A program made the translations under genes and the position numbers. From Eukaryota sp. TZLM1-RC (Eukaryota > Protista > Metamonada: BaSk clade): DNA of 64,000 nucleotides. How positions within the stretch are numbered: position 1 is the first letter of the stretch; the number at the start of each line of letters is the position of its first letter. The DNA is taken from assembly GCA_040285825.1 (NCBI GenBank), contig JAUPSS010000005.1, positions 186,001 to 250,000 of the forward strand. Direction: 5' to 3'. Positions 1-11,143 of this stretch are shown here, one piece after another. The notes beneath the pieces are model-generated. The model did not search any database and was not told the DNA's origin. It was given only the letters and a program-made list of their open reading frames with translations.

Positions 1-218
1 TGTGGATTTTCCTCCAGTTTATTCTAGGCTTCATTAGAGCTGTACAAGCCTCATGATATGATGTGAATTGTGTTCTTTTTAACAGAAATACCATGACGTC
101 GGCGTCGGTACAATCAACACCGAGTAAACCTTGACTCTGCCATCTGGATAGAAGGCTAGGGTCAATCATGCTGGATATTCCTGTAGGGTAAGTGCTCATC
201 ATCATGCTCCTAAATAAA

Positions 219-2136
219 TCATAATGGTGGATTGGGAATCCTTACCAAAGGCTGTGTTGTATCCCTGGTGATCTCGTCGCCTATATGTTTGGGGAGATCT
301 TTAATCCTATCTTGGGTTATTTCTGCTTGGCCTTCTCCAAATAGCTGGGTAGCTATCATTAAGGCTCTGGACCAATCTGATTGACCTGGGGCTTCAAAGC
401 TTCTATTACCTATCTTTCGCCCGTATTTATCCCAAGTTTGATATTTTAAAAGAAAAGCTATGATAGACATTTTGTTGATAGGGTCATCAGCGGATAATCG
501 AGGTCTTTTATAGTCGATATCCTTAAACCGTGGATCAATCTGTCTATGAAGGCTACTAGCTATGCTCATGTCAATAGCTCTTCTTGAGGATTGTAGGTCC
601 TCAATACGCATAGATCTATCGGAAGAAGAGTTTCTTACTGAGGGTTGAGGAAGAGCCGTTTCTCCAACGACTGGCCCGTTCAACTCTATGTCTTCTCCGA
701 TTTCACATTCCATAGGTTGGGAGGAAGTTGGTTCTTCCTGAGGGGCAACGTCTTGTCTAGTTACAAGTTCCGGGACGTTCACTGTTGGAACGTGTTCTGG
801 TATGCTGTCAATAGAGCAGACCTGTATTGGTTGGCTTTTTTCAGAAATTATAGGGGCTACAACAGGCAGTTTGGGAAGGTGGAGAGATGTGGATGGATCT
901 CCCGTTACCCATTGTCTAAACTCTCGTTGTTTCGTGAACGAGTTACCATGTTGTTGGATGTAGTTGTCAGGGCGGCTCCTATACGTGGATACAGCTGATC
1001 GTTCCGTATGAATGTTATTTAAAGCGTCTGCATCAAACCAGGGTGTTACCGGTTCAAGCTTGTCTTGTTCACTACTATCCTCCTGCTCCATAAATTCCCT
1101 AAAATATGTGGGAGCACCCTCTGTCAGCTCCGTGTAATTATGGATTTCCGTATCAAAGTTAGGATCAGACCAGGCAGGCAATTTGGATTGTAGGATGTCT
1201 TCCGAGTCGGTCCTACTTCTCTGCTCGATGGAGAGAAACCTTATTCTCCTGCCGTGTTGATCTAGGAAGGAGGCCTTCCAATCCAATCTGTCTTTGATGG
1301 GAAGGGACATCATTTCGTTGATTCTCTTGTCCATTCCAGAGATTCTGGGACGTCGCTCTGCGTTACGTCCGAATGTCTCTCTACTCAGTTTGTCAAGCGC
1401 CTTTATGAGTTCATTCCTTTCATTGGGGGGAATTTCCAATACCTTTTGGGTATCCCTTAATCATTCCGAGGGTCTGGAAACCAACGTTTCTGCCTCTTTT
1501 TTGAATGTTACTCCATAAAGGGGGGAGCTGCTCGAACAGACAGAAATCTGTTGGTTCGAGGTAAGCCTCCGCATCCTCTCTTAATAACTTGTAGAACCCC
1601 TCGGAAGAGTCGTCTTCTCCCTCCATTTCATCCAGTTGAGATTGAATTTCTTCATATTCTTCTAATGGGGAAGACGTGCCTAAGGTGGGATTTCCATCCG
1701 TTCCCTTTGAGACAAGTTCTAAAATTGGGAGGGGAGAGGGAGCCGGGTCCGTTCTCGTTGCCTCCGAGGACAATTCTGCATACTTGAGGGGAGAGGGAAC
1801 CGGGTCCGTTCTCGTTGCCTCTTCCATTGCTTTGAGGGGAGAGGGAGCTGGGTCCGTTCTCGTAACCTCATCTGTTTCTTTTTTCCTGAGGGGAGAGGGA
1901 GCCGGGTCCGTTCTCGTTACCTCTTCTGTTGCTGAAGATGGAGGGACCTCGTCCACTCTTTCATCTTCTTCTATTTTAAGGGAGGGGGAGGTGGGATCCG
2001 GGTCCGTTGCCTCGTTACCCTCTATATTATGTATATGTGTCGCTGGTACCTGCTGCATGTTAGGTGGGGGATTATGGTCAGAGATATCTGGCTGACAGAT
2101 GTCTGACATGCTGTAAAAATTGCTGGGGGTGTTCAC
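219..2136 (-). pseudogene. Frameshifted gag-like polyprotein with acidic/Pro-rich N-terminus
   Basis: Two overlapping ORFs (238 aa and 406 aa) inside the LTR element. SIIAFLLKYQTW and the downstream SMIDPSLL..DADVMVFLL resemble SVLLFLQEWKIY and LLVDSFLL..DDVLLRHL of the 15990 gag. Confidence 0.45.
1728..1920. repeat. Coding tandem repeat, 4 x TRTDP(A/V)PSPL
   Basis: GGGAGAGGGA(G/A)C(C/T)GGGTCCGTTCTCGT repeated four times at about 48-57 bp spacing. Confidence 0.9.
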
Positions 2137-2271
2137 TGGTCAAGTGCTGAAGTTATGGTATACCTTTTGACTTTAAAGTGGCCAATAATTATTGTTGCCT
2201 AAAGTCTATTGTAGTAAAGAAAAGTCTGATTTATTTTCTATTCATATTATATAAGCCTTAGGGCGCCAACA

Positions 2272-2925
2272 CATATTTTTCTAAATGATGCCATTGAAGA
2301 CACTGTTTTTAAAATGACAAGAAATGCAAGAATCTCGACTATCAACGAGTCTTTACTAAAGGAAGTACTACCATTGGATAAATGTGGTTCTCGTGATAGA
2401 GGTGATAACTATTACGATTGGATTGAGAACTTTGAAGCCGTTGTTGTCATGCCCCTGTTGTTTCCCGTAATGCGCCAGTAAAACTTTGGTTCAAAGAAGC
2501 ATAATGAATCCTGTAGAAGCAGTCAAATTTAACCTAAAAGAACAATATAGAAAATATGATAATGATATAGAAACAAATATTGATCGAAAAGGACAAAATT
2601 AATACTGAAATTAACTGCTTTTCAAATTTTTATAAATGGAAGACTATTTTGAGAAGCAATAAATTGTTCGAATAACATCCAAAAAAACTGGTGAAAGAAA
2701 AAAAATGAAGAGATTGCTTCCATTTTTTCTATTTTATGGTCCTCTGCAATTCTATTCGCCTTCATTATCAGACAACCGCGGTTCCTTCATCATAGAAGAG
2801 AAGCAATGGCGAAAAAACCAGCAGATCAGGCTTTTGTAGAAGTTTTTGGGGAATAAAGGTTTATTGTATTTCGTCATGTTATTCTATATTTTATTTTGTT
2901 AACTGTTAAGGTTTAATAAATAAAA
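2272..2925 (+). mobile_element. Degenerate 3' fragment of CRE-like non-LTR retrotransposon family A
   Basis: Recognisable nucleotide similarity to 13410-13970 (GACACTGTTTT..GATAGAGGTGAT..GATTGGATTGA..GCAGATCAGG) with many stops. Confidence 0.8.
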
Positions 2926-3110
2926 TTCCTTTAAACAACAGATAAAAACGTTATGTTTCACTTCAATGACGAACATGATGTCAAATAAGGCCTCTACTAA
3001 ATGAAATGAAGACAGTATCCCATCAAAAGAAAGAGTAATAATGATAATCATAAAGAGGCTGTTTGATTAAGGAACTATAAACTAAACAGCAAAATTACAT
3101 TAGCAAGAAC

Positions 3111-4385
3111 TCAAAGAACCACATCGCTCGAACACGAGGAAATTGCTTCCACTGTGCCATCAAAATAATTCTTAAACCGCTCATAAACCTCCGCATTAAA
3201 GAAGTAACTAAACCAATGAAGGGTAAGCTCTGTCATTTCAGGAGAAAGTTTACCCAAAGACTCCAACTTTTCCATCAAAGTTGTTACTCCACTTGTACCA
3301 CTAATTAAACAAATGGATAAAATGACAGCAACCAATGTCCCTTTTGATGATTTCTCATTTAAGAAACCGAAAAGATGTTGAAACACATTGGATTGAACTT
3401 CGGGGATCTGTCTTCCATATTTCAAAACCACAGAGGATAGACATTGGCCAGCAAAGCATTGAAGAGCCAGGTCTGTAGAATCACCTTCTTCAACAAAGAG
3501 GTTAACAAAACCAGCAAAATCATCTCGAGCAAGCCGAAAGCTCTGCTGAGTACCAATTATGCTTAAAAGAGATGGGCAAACGAAATGCAAATAGTTATCT
3601 AAATTTAGGTGATGGGACTTCACCAATGCTTGGAGAATGGCAACTAGGGCAGGGAGTCTAGGAAACTCTTGCAACTGGGAGTCATCCATTGAAGTTAGGG
3701 TAAACGTAATAACTTGAGAAACATAATGACATAAATAAGGAAGCAACTGGTGGAGTCCAGTGTCTCCTTGAAGAGAACTCAATCCAGCTTTCCGGAGTTG
3801 AACATTATCCGATTTCAAACAAACTACAAGACGAAGGAAGTATTCATTGAGTTCCCTAGAGAGATTGTGTCTGACAGGTAAAACTACATTAGTCCCCGTT
3901 ACATCAGTCACCACCTGTGCTTCTTGAGATTGACTAGATGGAGTTACTTCACGGGTCGGAGCTAAAGGTCCCTTTACTTGACGACCTTCTACAACCAACC
4001 AAGACAACAATAAAGAAGGTGAAGACGGAATCGGAGCAAGGTCTAAACTATACTTTTGATCAGACATTAGTATATTGTCAATGACCACGCGTCCGTCAGC
4101 TTCATATAGCAGATCGCTGATACTGTGAAACTTTAAACAAGGACTGTATGATCTACCATAAATTCCTTCTATTCTGCGTACTTCTAACACTTGGTTGACA
4201 TCCTTGACAGACAAACCACGTCGTTTTAGTGTTCGAGAAACACGCTGAACATCTTGAATAATATCAAACAAACGGAATTGAAGCTCATGTGCAAGTTCTT
4301 CTGAAATGTCAGAGGGTATGGAAGTGAAACCTTGTGTCCTCAAGATTCTTGACACAAAGTGGGAGGAAATAGAAAAGGATGTCAT
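3111..4385 (-). CDS. TAF6: TFIID subunit 6
   Basis: N-terminal histone fold (RRGLSVKDVNQVL) and TAF6 motifs HNLSRELNEYF and LSSLQGDTGLHQLLPY. First ATG is at 4385. Confidence 0.9.
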   Translation of the reverse strand: MTSFSISSHFVSRILRTQGFTSIPSDISEELAHELQFRLFDIIQDVQRVSRTLKRRGLSVKDVNQVLEVRRIEGIYGRSYSPCLKFHSISDLLYEADGRVVIDNILMSDQKYSLDLAPIPSSPSLLLSWLVVEGRQVKGPLAPTREVTPSSQSQEAQVVTDVTGTNVVLPVRHNLSRELNEYFLRLVVCLKSDNVQLRKAGLSSLQGDTGLHQLLPYLCHYVSQVITFTLTSMDDSQLQEFPRLPALVAILQALVKSHHLNLDNYLHFVCPSLLSIIGTQQSFRLARDDFAGFVNLFVEEGDSTDLALQCFAGQCLSSVVLKYGRQIPEVQSNVFQHLFGFLNEKSSKGTLVAVILSICLISGTSGVTTLMEKLESLGKLSPEMTELTLHWFSYFFNAEVYERFKNYFDGTVEAISSCSSDVVL

Positions 4386-4429
4386 TAGGTAAAATACTGG
4401 TTGAGGCAATTATTTTGTAATTATTGGGA

Positions 4430-6056
4430 GTAGTGTAAAGCAAGGAGATTCTTTAGGACCTCTTCTGTTTTGTTTGGCCATTCATCCTATTTTATTGCAA
4501 ATTCAAGAGATGTTGCCTCCGTTAAAAATGATTGCCTATTTGGATGATGTTGTTCTTATAGGTGACTTAATGATTGTGAAAAAAGCAACTGTATGTTTCA
4601 AAGAATTATTTAACAGAATTGGCCTTCAACTTAATTTACTGAAATGTGTTTTGCTTCCGAATTTTCCAGTTTCTACAATAGTTTATGGTATAAAAATTCA
4701 AGCCAAATTATATTCATTTGATGCTATTCGTCATTTAGGTTCGTTTTTAGGAAATAATGATGAAATTACCAAAGAATTATTTGAAAAATTAAACTCGATT
4801 TCCGAAAAAATTGACCAAATGATGAAATCAGATATACAGAAACATATCAAATTTACCTTTATAAGACTATGTTTTAGTTCCAACTTTGATCATTTATTTC
4901 GACTACAGATCCTCTTATCACTAGGCCTTTGGCCCAGAAGTTCAATGAATTACGTGCAAAAATTATGTCGCAATTATTAGAATGTAAAATGTTCCAAATT
5001 CCAGACCATGCTTATCTTACCACATTATGCCGGTTTAGGTTGAACGAAGGCTTCTATTCTTAATTCATGTGCTTTTATTCGTGGATGTAGAAGCGCAATT
5101 TTTCAGTTTTCTGAAAGATTTGCCGATTGGGAAGATTTATTAATGACAACGCAAAGTTCTACTATTTTTGCATTAAATGAAGAAATTTCAAAAATTGGGG
5201 TAAAAAAGTGGAGTCGATGCTTTCCGCAATCATTTAATGAAAATATTCTTGAAAAGCATTTTTAAATTTAAAAAATACTCTTCGAACATTACAGAAACGA
5301 TTGATTGGAATGTATGAGAATGATCTTTATAATAATATATGCAACTTTGATGTTTTAAATCAAGATCTTCACTCATTGTTATTGGAAAAGGGTGTTATTG
5401 AAAATCAGTCATCAGATTCTTCACTGTTTGTAACCATTGTACCACAAAGATTTGAACTGTGTGCTACTAATGAAGCTTTTGTAACAAAAATGAGATTATA
5501 TTTGAATATCCCCATTAATCAATTATTATCAAAAGAAAAATGTATTTTGTTCGAACTCACCACAGCACACTTTGTGTCATGATATGAATTGTTCGAAATT
5601 TACAACTCATCGTTCCTCATTACATGATGCTGTTAGAGACACTGTTTTTAATATGGCACAAACTGCAAAAATATCGTGTATCAAAGAGCCTCTGTTGAAA
5701 AGAACATTGTCATTAAATAATTTTGGTTCAGAAGATGGGGGTAATATATACTGTGATTGGATTGAAAACTCTGAAGCTGTCGTTGACTTTGTCAGCTGTT
5801 ATGTTGCAAACGACACTTTGGTCAAAGAAGAAAACTTAATCCTGTAAGTGCTCTTGAATTTAAAGCTAAAGAAAAACATAGAAAATATGACAAAGATATC
5901 GAAGAAGCTAATGCTGGTAGAAATAGACCACTTGTTTTTATTGCTTTCCCATTATCGATAAACGGAAGACTAGCAGTAGATGCAGAAATTTTTTTGAATG
6001 ATTTCGAAAAATTGGTTCAAAAAAAACAGTGAAAAGATTTCATATTTTTCTATGGA
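4430..6056 (+). mobile_element. 5'-truncated, decayed CRE-like non-LTR retrotransposon family A (RT plus RLE endonuclease)
   Basis: VKQGDSLGPLLFCL and IAYLDDV RT motifs; HDAVRD and EAVVDF..KEKHRKY RLE motifs; multiple frameshifts. Confidence 0.9.
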
Positions 6057-6859
6057 TGTGGCTAAGTGGAAACCTGATACTATTCTTTTCACATCAGATA
6101 GAAATTAAAAGGAAGGAAGACCCTCATGATTTGTGAGTTGACATCTCCGATGGAACTGTATGTAGATAGTACAGATAAACTGAAAATTTTGAATCACAGT
6201 CTTGATTTGTCATTTTCCGCTGTATGTGCAATGAATAAGGTTTATTAGATTAAACTAAAGTTAAGCACGTCTTGATACTTGAACTGATGTTATATAACAG
6301 GCATGTCGATTTCCGTGAGCAGAGGATTATCTTCTGACCCGTTTTTCATATGACAATCAATCAAATCTGTGCTCTTTATCATTTTTGATTCTTGCGCAAC
6401 AGTGTCCTTTTTGGTGAATGGAATAAAGAAGCAGTTGTTCATACGCTTATGGAAAAAACATGATTCAAAAAGAGCAATTCGTACACTTTGTTTCATAATT
6501 ATTTTTAATCTCTTAATTGTAACGCGACCAGTAGACATAACCCTTATAGATTATGAAAATGCACGAAAACATTCGTATTTATTGTTCTGCAATATTTTCC
6601 TTCAGGAAAAATGATGATCGTAATAAATCAATATATGGAAATACCTACTTTTAGGGAAATTTGGATATAATGAAAATCGATTTTCATTACTGGCCGTGAT
6701 TTAGTAGAGGTTCAACATCAGATCGATGACTATGTCCCTAACTTCGTTTTGTCAGAAAACAAAACAAAACAATGACGCATTGAAACAGTTTGTGTACAAT
6801 GGGGTGTTGTAGGAGCATTTTAATAAATTCTCAATTTATTAAGCTTCAACACTAAACAA

Positions 6860-6963
6860 AATAAAATCATAACTGATGGTGCGAAATTCATTGAACCAAG
6901 ATTTCTTCTGCAGAATCTTGATCCACTTGCTGTCTTACTAAAGCTTCTCGAATTCGATTGAAA
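6860..6963 (-). mobile_element. ~100 bp 3'-end fragment of family A LINE
   Basis: TCATTGAACCAAGATTTC...TAAAGCTTCTC matches the reverse complement of 13900-14000. Confidence 0.8.
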
Positions 6964-7182
6964 CACTGAGGCAATCTTTTTATTTTGACAGATTGAATTG
7001 GAACATTTTACAATACTTCCCATAAATTTTTACAAAAGTGTAATTGGTTTTGAATTGTAAATGATGAACCAGAATTGAAAGGCTCTATTCCGTTTATCCC
7101 ACATGGGCTATACACTAGAGCCCTGATGACGGGGAGCTCTATTTAGTAGTTTACTTCAGAACTCTTCTAATTGAGTAAAATC

Positions 7183-8051
7183 TAGGACTGTCCAGAAAAC
7201 CAGTAATTTGAGAGTAAAGAAATATTACAATTTTTAATTAAATCAAAAGAATATTCAATAAAAATTGCGTTTTGAGTAGAGATAATTGCATTAAATTTAA
7301 TATTTTTTGATTTCAACAACAAGAAACTCATCAAAAACTTGCAAATAATAACAAAAACTGTGGATGAACACAGTTAACCACAAGTATATTATTCTAAAAA
7401 CCTTTTCCACGCCTTCAAACCCACAATAGCTTCAACACTTTCGTCACTTAATGACGCTCTGTGTTTTGACACCGTCCTTCCTGCAGAAGAGAACACTTGT
7501 TCACAAGGAACCGAAGATGCTTGTATACTCAACACGTCCCGAGCAAGCGATGCTAAATGGGGAAATCTCGCTTGGTTGAGTTTCCAGTATATCAAAGGAT
7601 CAGATGATTGGGATTTTACATTTTCTGCTAGGTAAGAAGACAGCTCTTCATCAAAGGAAGTATCCTGTTTGTCTTCTTAAAATATTTGAATAGCCAACTT
7701 TTGCCTGAAATTGGAGAAGAATTGAGTGAAACATCTGTTGAGCGAGGAGTCACATTGTGGTTACCGAAAAGAGTGGTAGGTTGTGGAGAGGCTGAAGACA
7801 AATCGAATGCATCCATATTAGGAAACAAATGAAGTGGATCAATGTCCATATAGAAAGGAGATATTTTGATGTTATCATTTATAAATTCAAAAAAAAATAA
7901 AAATTGATGAAAGTTTTAGCTGGCGGTTTTCCGGTTTCGGAACCGGCGGTTTTGGTTCCAGCGTGGTTTCAGTACAGCCGCTTTTGGTTCAGCCCGGTTT
8001 CGAAAAAAAGGGGTTTTGGTTTGGAACCAAAACCGAACCTGGACATCCCTA
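7183..8051 (-). mobile_element. Internally deleted hAT DNA transposon
   Basis: hAT C-terminal dimerisation domain (YWKLNQARFPHLASLARDVLSIQASSVPCEQVFS) at 7389-7595. Imperfect TIRs TAGGACTGTCCAG / TAGGGATGTCCAG. GGTTT/AAACC subterminal repeats at 7921-8040. Flanking duplication GAGTAAAATC/GACTAAAATC. Confidence 0.88.
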
Positions 8052-8202
8052 GACTAAAATCAATCTACTATAGTTGTTATTAACAACAATACGATCCACC
8101 TAATGGTATTTAAAAACTGGGAGCCGTAATCAGGACAACTGCTGTTGTATTAGGACTGTTACATTAGTACATGAAATGACCCTGTAAATATACAAATAAA
8201 CT

Positions 8203-9128
8203 TTATTTTAAACAAACAAAGGAAGATACTTTTCGAAGGCACTTGGAACCACCATAAGGTACCGGACACCGCTTCTCCGAGATATCCCCTCTACAAGCAT
8301 CAGAGCAACTATTTTTAATTTGGTTGTTGTAAAGTACAGTGACTGAACCTCCTCCGTCTAGATTAATGGCAGAAATCATCCCTTGTTGTTTACATAGATG
8401 TGCAAAGTCATATAGATCAACACCATATTTCGCTGGCTCAAAACCATCAACTTGAATGGCAATAAACCTTCCTAGTTTGTCATGACCAACAGCTAGTCTT
8501 GGAGCAATCAATTTAACAAATGCCTTGGAGGGCTTCTCTCGTTGAATACTTTCATCAATGTAAACTTCTCCTCCTCTCACTAGCCATGTTAGACCTTGTA
8601 ACCCTGTTAAGAGTTCTCCCTGTTCAACCAATTCATTGATAGTGTTCTGAGTAAGGTAACCATTAATGTATTGATTGGCACGAGTGATTCCCCAAAATGC
8701 GTTTGCTGTACCATGTTGATTGACCCATGTGCTGTTTGAGACGAGCCAGGTGTAACAAGCTCCAGTTGCCATATCAAAAAACCCAGCATTTACTGCAGCA
8801 CTGCAGTTATAATGTTTGGCAGATTCAACCACATCCACGCGATTTCCACATCCACCAATTGGAGGTAGTGCTGCCAAGTTACTGATTGGGTTTTCAACAG
8901 TAAGTTTGTGCACAATGATAGAATCCTTGCTGAATTGTCCTGTTGCCTGGAGCTGCTCATACTGAAGGGAAAGAGACTCTGGAACAGTGTCTTTAGCAAG
9001 ATCGAAGACCTCATAGTCATCTGAGTTTGTAGGTGGGGGAACTTGTTTTTCTTGTATGCATAAACGTTTTCATATTCTGGGTCTGCCAGAGCCAAGACTA
9101 CTAGACATAGCAACACTAACGACTTCAT
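8203..9128 (-). CDS. Secreted phosphodiester glycosidase (NAGPA/DUF2233 family); one frameshift in a C-run near 9035
   Basis: Signal peptide MKSLVLLCLVVLALA; motifs AAVNAGFF, APRLAVG, AINLDGGGS. Adding one C joins ORFs 8790-9131 and 8203-8913. Confidence 0.8.
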
Positions 9129-9877
9129 CACTGACAGTCTAGAATGCTGGGTTTATTGTAGTACCAGTTTGGAATATAGGACATCTTCAAGGATATCTGA
9201 ATTTAGAAAAGAAATTCAAAATATCATATTGTGATATTGAATGATTCAAAAAGCACCAAGTGGTCCCAAAAAAGACATTGAGAGTGGAGCGTGTTTTGAC
9301 TATATTGTTGACTAAAAAACACCCCAATGGTGTTTGTCCAGTCCAACAAAAGGATGTTATTCCAACAATATTGATCAGTGTAGGGTTGGGCACTGAATAA
9401 ACACAGCGGGCTAACCTACCTCAAAAGTAAAGTTTTGAACTCTAAAGACGAAAAAATGTGTGGATTAGCTTCACCCAAATTGTGATGTAAATTTTCCATT
9501 GATTCTAACTGATATCAGACCTGATCTTATTCTTATCACAAAACAGTAGGACAAAAAAGAGGAAAACAGTGTTGACATATGAGTACCAAAAGGCACCAAT
9601 TGTTAAAGCATTGGAGAACGACAAATGTTGTGTTTATCATTGCAGAACAATTGACTGTATAGTAAACTTGAAACTTAAGAGATCTGTCTGCGATGTGAGT
9701 GGGTGTCAACATGTTGGACAAGAAGAAAGGTATGATGAATTGGAACAAATTGGGAAAAAAATTAAAATTAAAGAATCCTTCATGATTGAAAAAAGGAATT
9801 TACAGAGAACTGAAAGAATTGTAATGGAAATAAAGTAATAAACACTGCACAAAAAATTGAAAAATATAGTACAAAAA

Positions 9878-11143
9878 TTACAAAAAATCACCAGTTATTA
9901 TAATTCTATTTCGCCTTTCTATTAAATTCTCTGAATTTTCCACAAATTGTTTTAAATCCTCAAAAATTACTTGTTCTGATTGATACTCTAAAGAGGAATC
10001 ACTTTTGATTCTCTTGACAGCATCACTGAATGGAATTGACCTCAAGTTTTCAGCGGAAATAATATTCTTTAATAGCTGACAGACTTTGAGATACCGTTCC
10101 TGAGAAGTCTTTTGATGAATTTCATAATCAATTTTCTTTTGGTTTTCAGCCAAAGATTTTCGATGTATACTTAAAGCAATCAAATCAGCAGGAATTTGAT
10201 TGACTTTGTTATTAATTTTGGAACAATCAATAACTGATTGTCCATTTCTTGCAGATTCTTGAATTTTACGTTCTTGAGCACGATGTTGATTAAGACCTTG
10301 TAGGACTTTTTCTTCTTGATTCTTCTTGACTTTAGACTCCTTGACCTCTGGCATATCAGCTAAAGGCAAAGGTTCCAGGTAATCTGCATTGAACCGAGCA
10401 TCCCATACACTGGATTTTGACGTAACAAGTCTTGCTTGATCAGAAGACATCCCCTTTTCCTTCTCCAAGAACTTGATATGAGCACACTCCATTCTTTTAA
10501 GGAGATAGGATTGAATAAACGATTTAGAAGAGTGCCAGTCAGCTGTGGTACCATTTGATTTTATCAGCAGTTGGTTGTGATCGTTGAGAGAGAGCTGCAT
10601 GAGTGATGGACAGAGAGCTACAAGCTGGCGGAGATGAACAAGAGTAAAATCAACTTTTTGTATACTTAATAGTCGTTGTACACTAGATCTAAGAGTGGTC
10701 CAGCACAAGCTTTTGCATGGACTTCTAGAGTGAGAGATAAACACAGAGGAAATCGCATCAAAAACTGATATTAAGGTATGGTATTCAACTGATAAAGGTT
10801 TAGTAGAAGAAGAAGAGGATTGTATCAAATCCTTGAGGTAATGTGTATTTGGAGCAACTGATCTAGATGGTAGTGCTGTAGAGAGTGACGTATTTGGAGT
10901 GGAAAAGGAGCTATTTACTATTGGTTTTGATGGTCCAAGCTCCGTAAAGGTAACAGGTGGTGATTCTACTGACGGAGACTGTGGCTTTGAGATCGAGGGA
11001 GGTTCGGGAGTAGATTTGTGTTGAACTTTGGGTGAAAGTGGTTTTAGTTTGGTTCCCACTGTCCGTGACTTCTTGACTGGTTGTAGAGGACCACTAGACC
11101 TCCGCCTGTGTGCATAGAAGTTATCAAGAGAGGTTTGGTGCAT
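9878..11143 (-). CDS. CDT1: DNA replication licensing factor Cdt1
   Basis: N-terminal PIP-degron-like QTSLDNFYAHRRR. Middle winged-helix motifs LSVEYHTLISVFDAISSV..LRSSVQRLL..FTLVHLRQLVALCP. WDARFNADYLEPLPLADMP resembles the Cdt1 WHPRFNVD motif. Confidence 0.8.
   Translation of the reverse strand: MHQTSLDNFYAHRRRSSGPLQPVKKSRTVGTKLKPLSPKVQHKSTPEPPSISKPQSPSVESPPVTFTELGPSKPIVNSSFSTPNTSLSTALPSRSVAPNTHYLKDLIQSSSSSTKPLSVEYHTLISVFDAISSVFISHSRSPCKSLCWTTLRSSVQRLLSIQKVDFTLVHLRQLVALCPSLMQLSLNDHNQLLIKSNGTTADWHSSKSFIQSYLLKRMECAHIKFLEKEKGMSSDQARLVTSKSSVWDARFNADYLEPLPLADMPEVKESKVKKNQEEKVLQGLNQHRAQERKIQESARNGQSVIDCSKINNKVNQIPADLIALSIHRKSLAENQKKIDYEIHQKTSQERYLKVCQLLKNIISAENLRSIPFSDAVKRIKSDSSLEYQSEQVIFEDLKQFVENSENLIERRNRIIITGDFL

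Larger units (their letters stand above)
1..2271 (-). mobile_element. LTR retrotransposon, 5' part (short LTR plus long gag-like ORF), runs off the window start
   Basis: 79-bp TGTTG...CAACA unit at 2193-2271. On the minus strand it is followed by ATAATTATTGGCC, the same motif that follows the 5' LTR of the element at 15824. Broken ORFs 1420-2136 and 219-1439 plus continuation to <1 show weak similarity to the gag at 15990. Confidence 0.65.

Noticed and set aside
1728-1920. Regularly spaced ~27-bp repeats with variable spacers, superficially CRISPR-like
   Set aside because: In-frame coding repeats (TRTDPAPSPL) with related spacers in a eukaryotic retroelement ORF; no cas genes.
6100-6800. Possible transposase remnant
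   Set aside because: Only short ORFs and no motif I can identify.
9190-9838. Short Cys-containing ORF (SWIM-like) and hairpin GTAGGGTTGG..CTAACCTAC
   Set aside because: Motif incomplete; cannot support a gene or element call.
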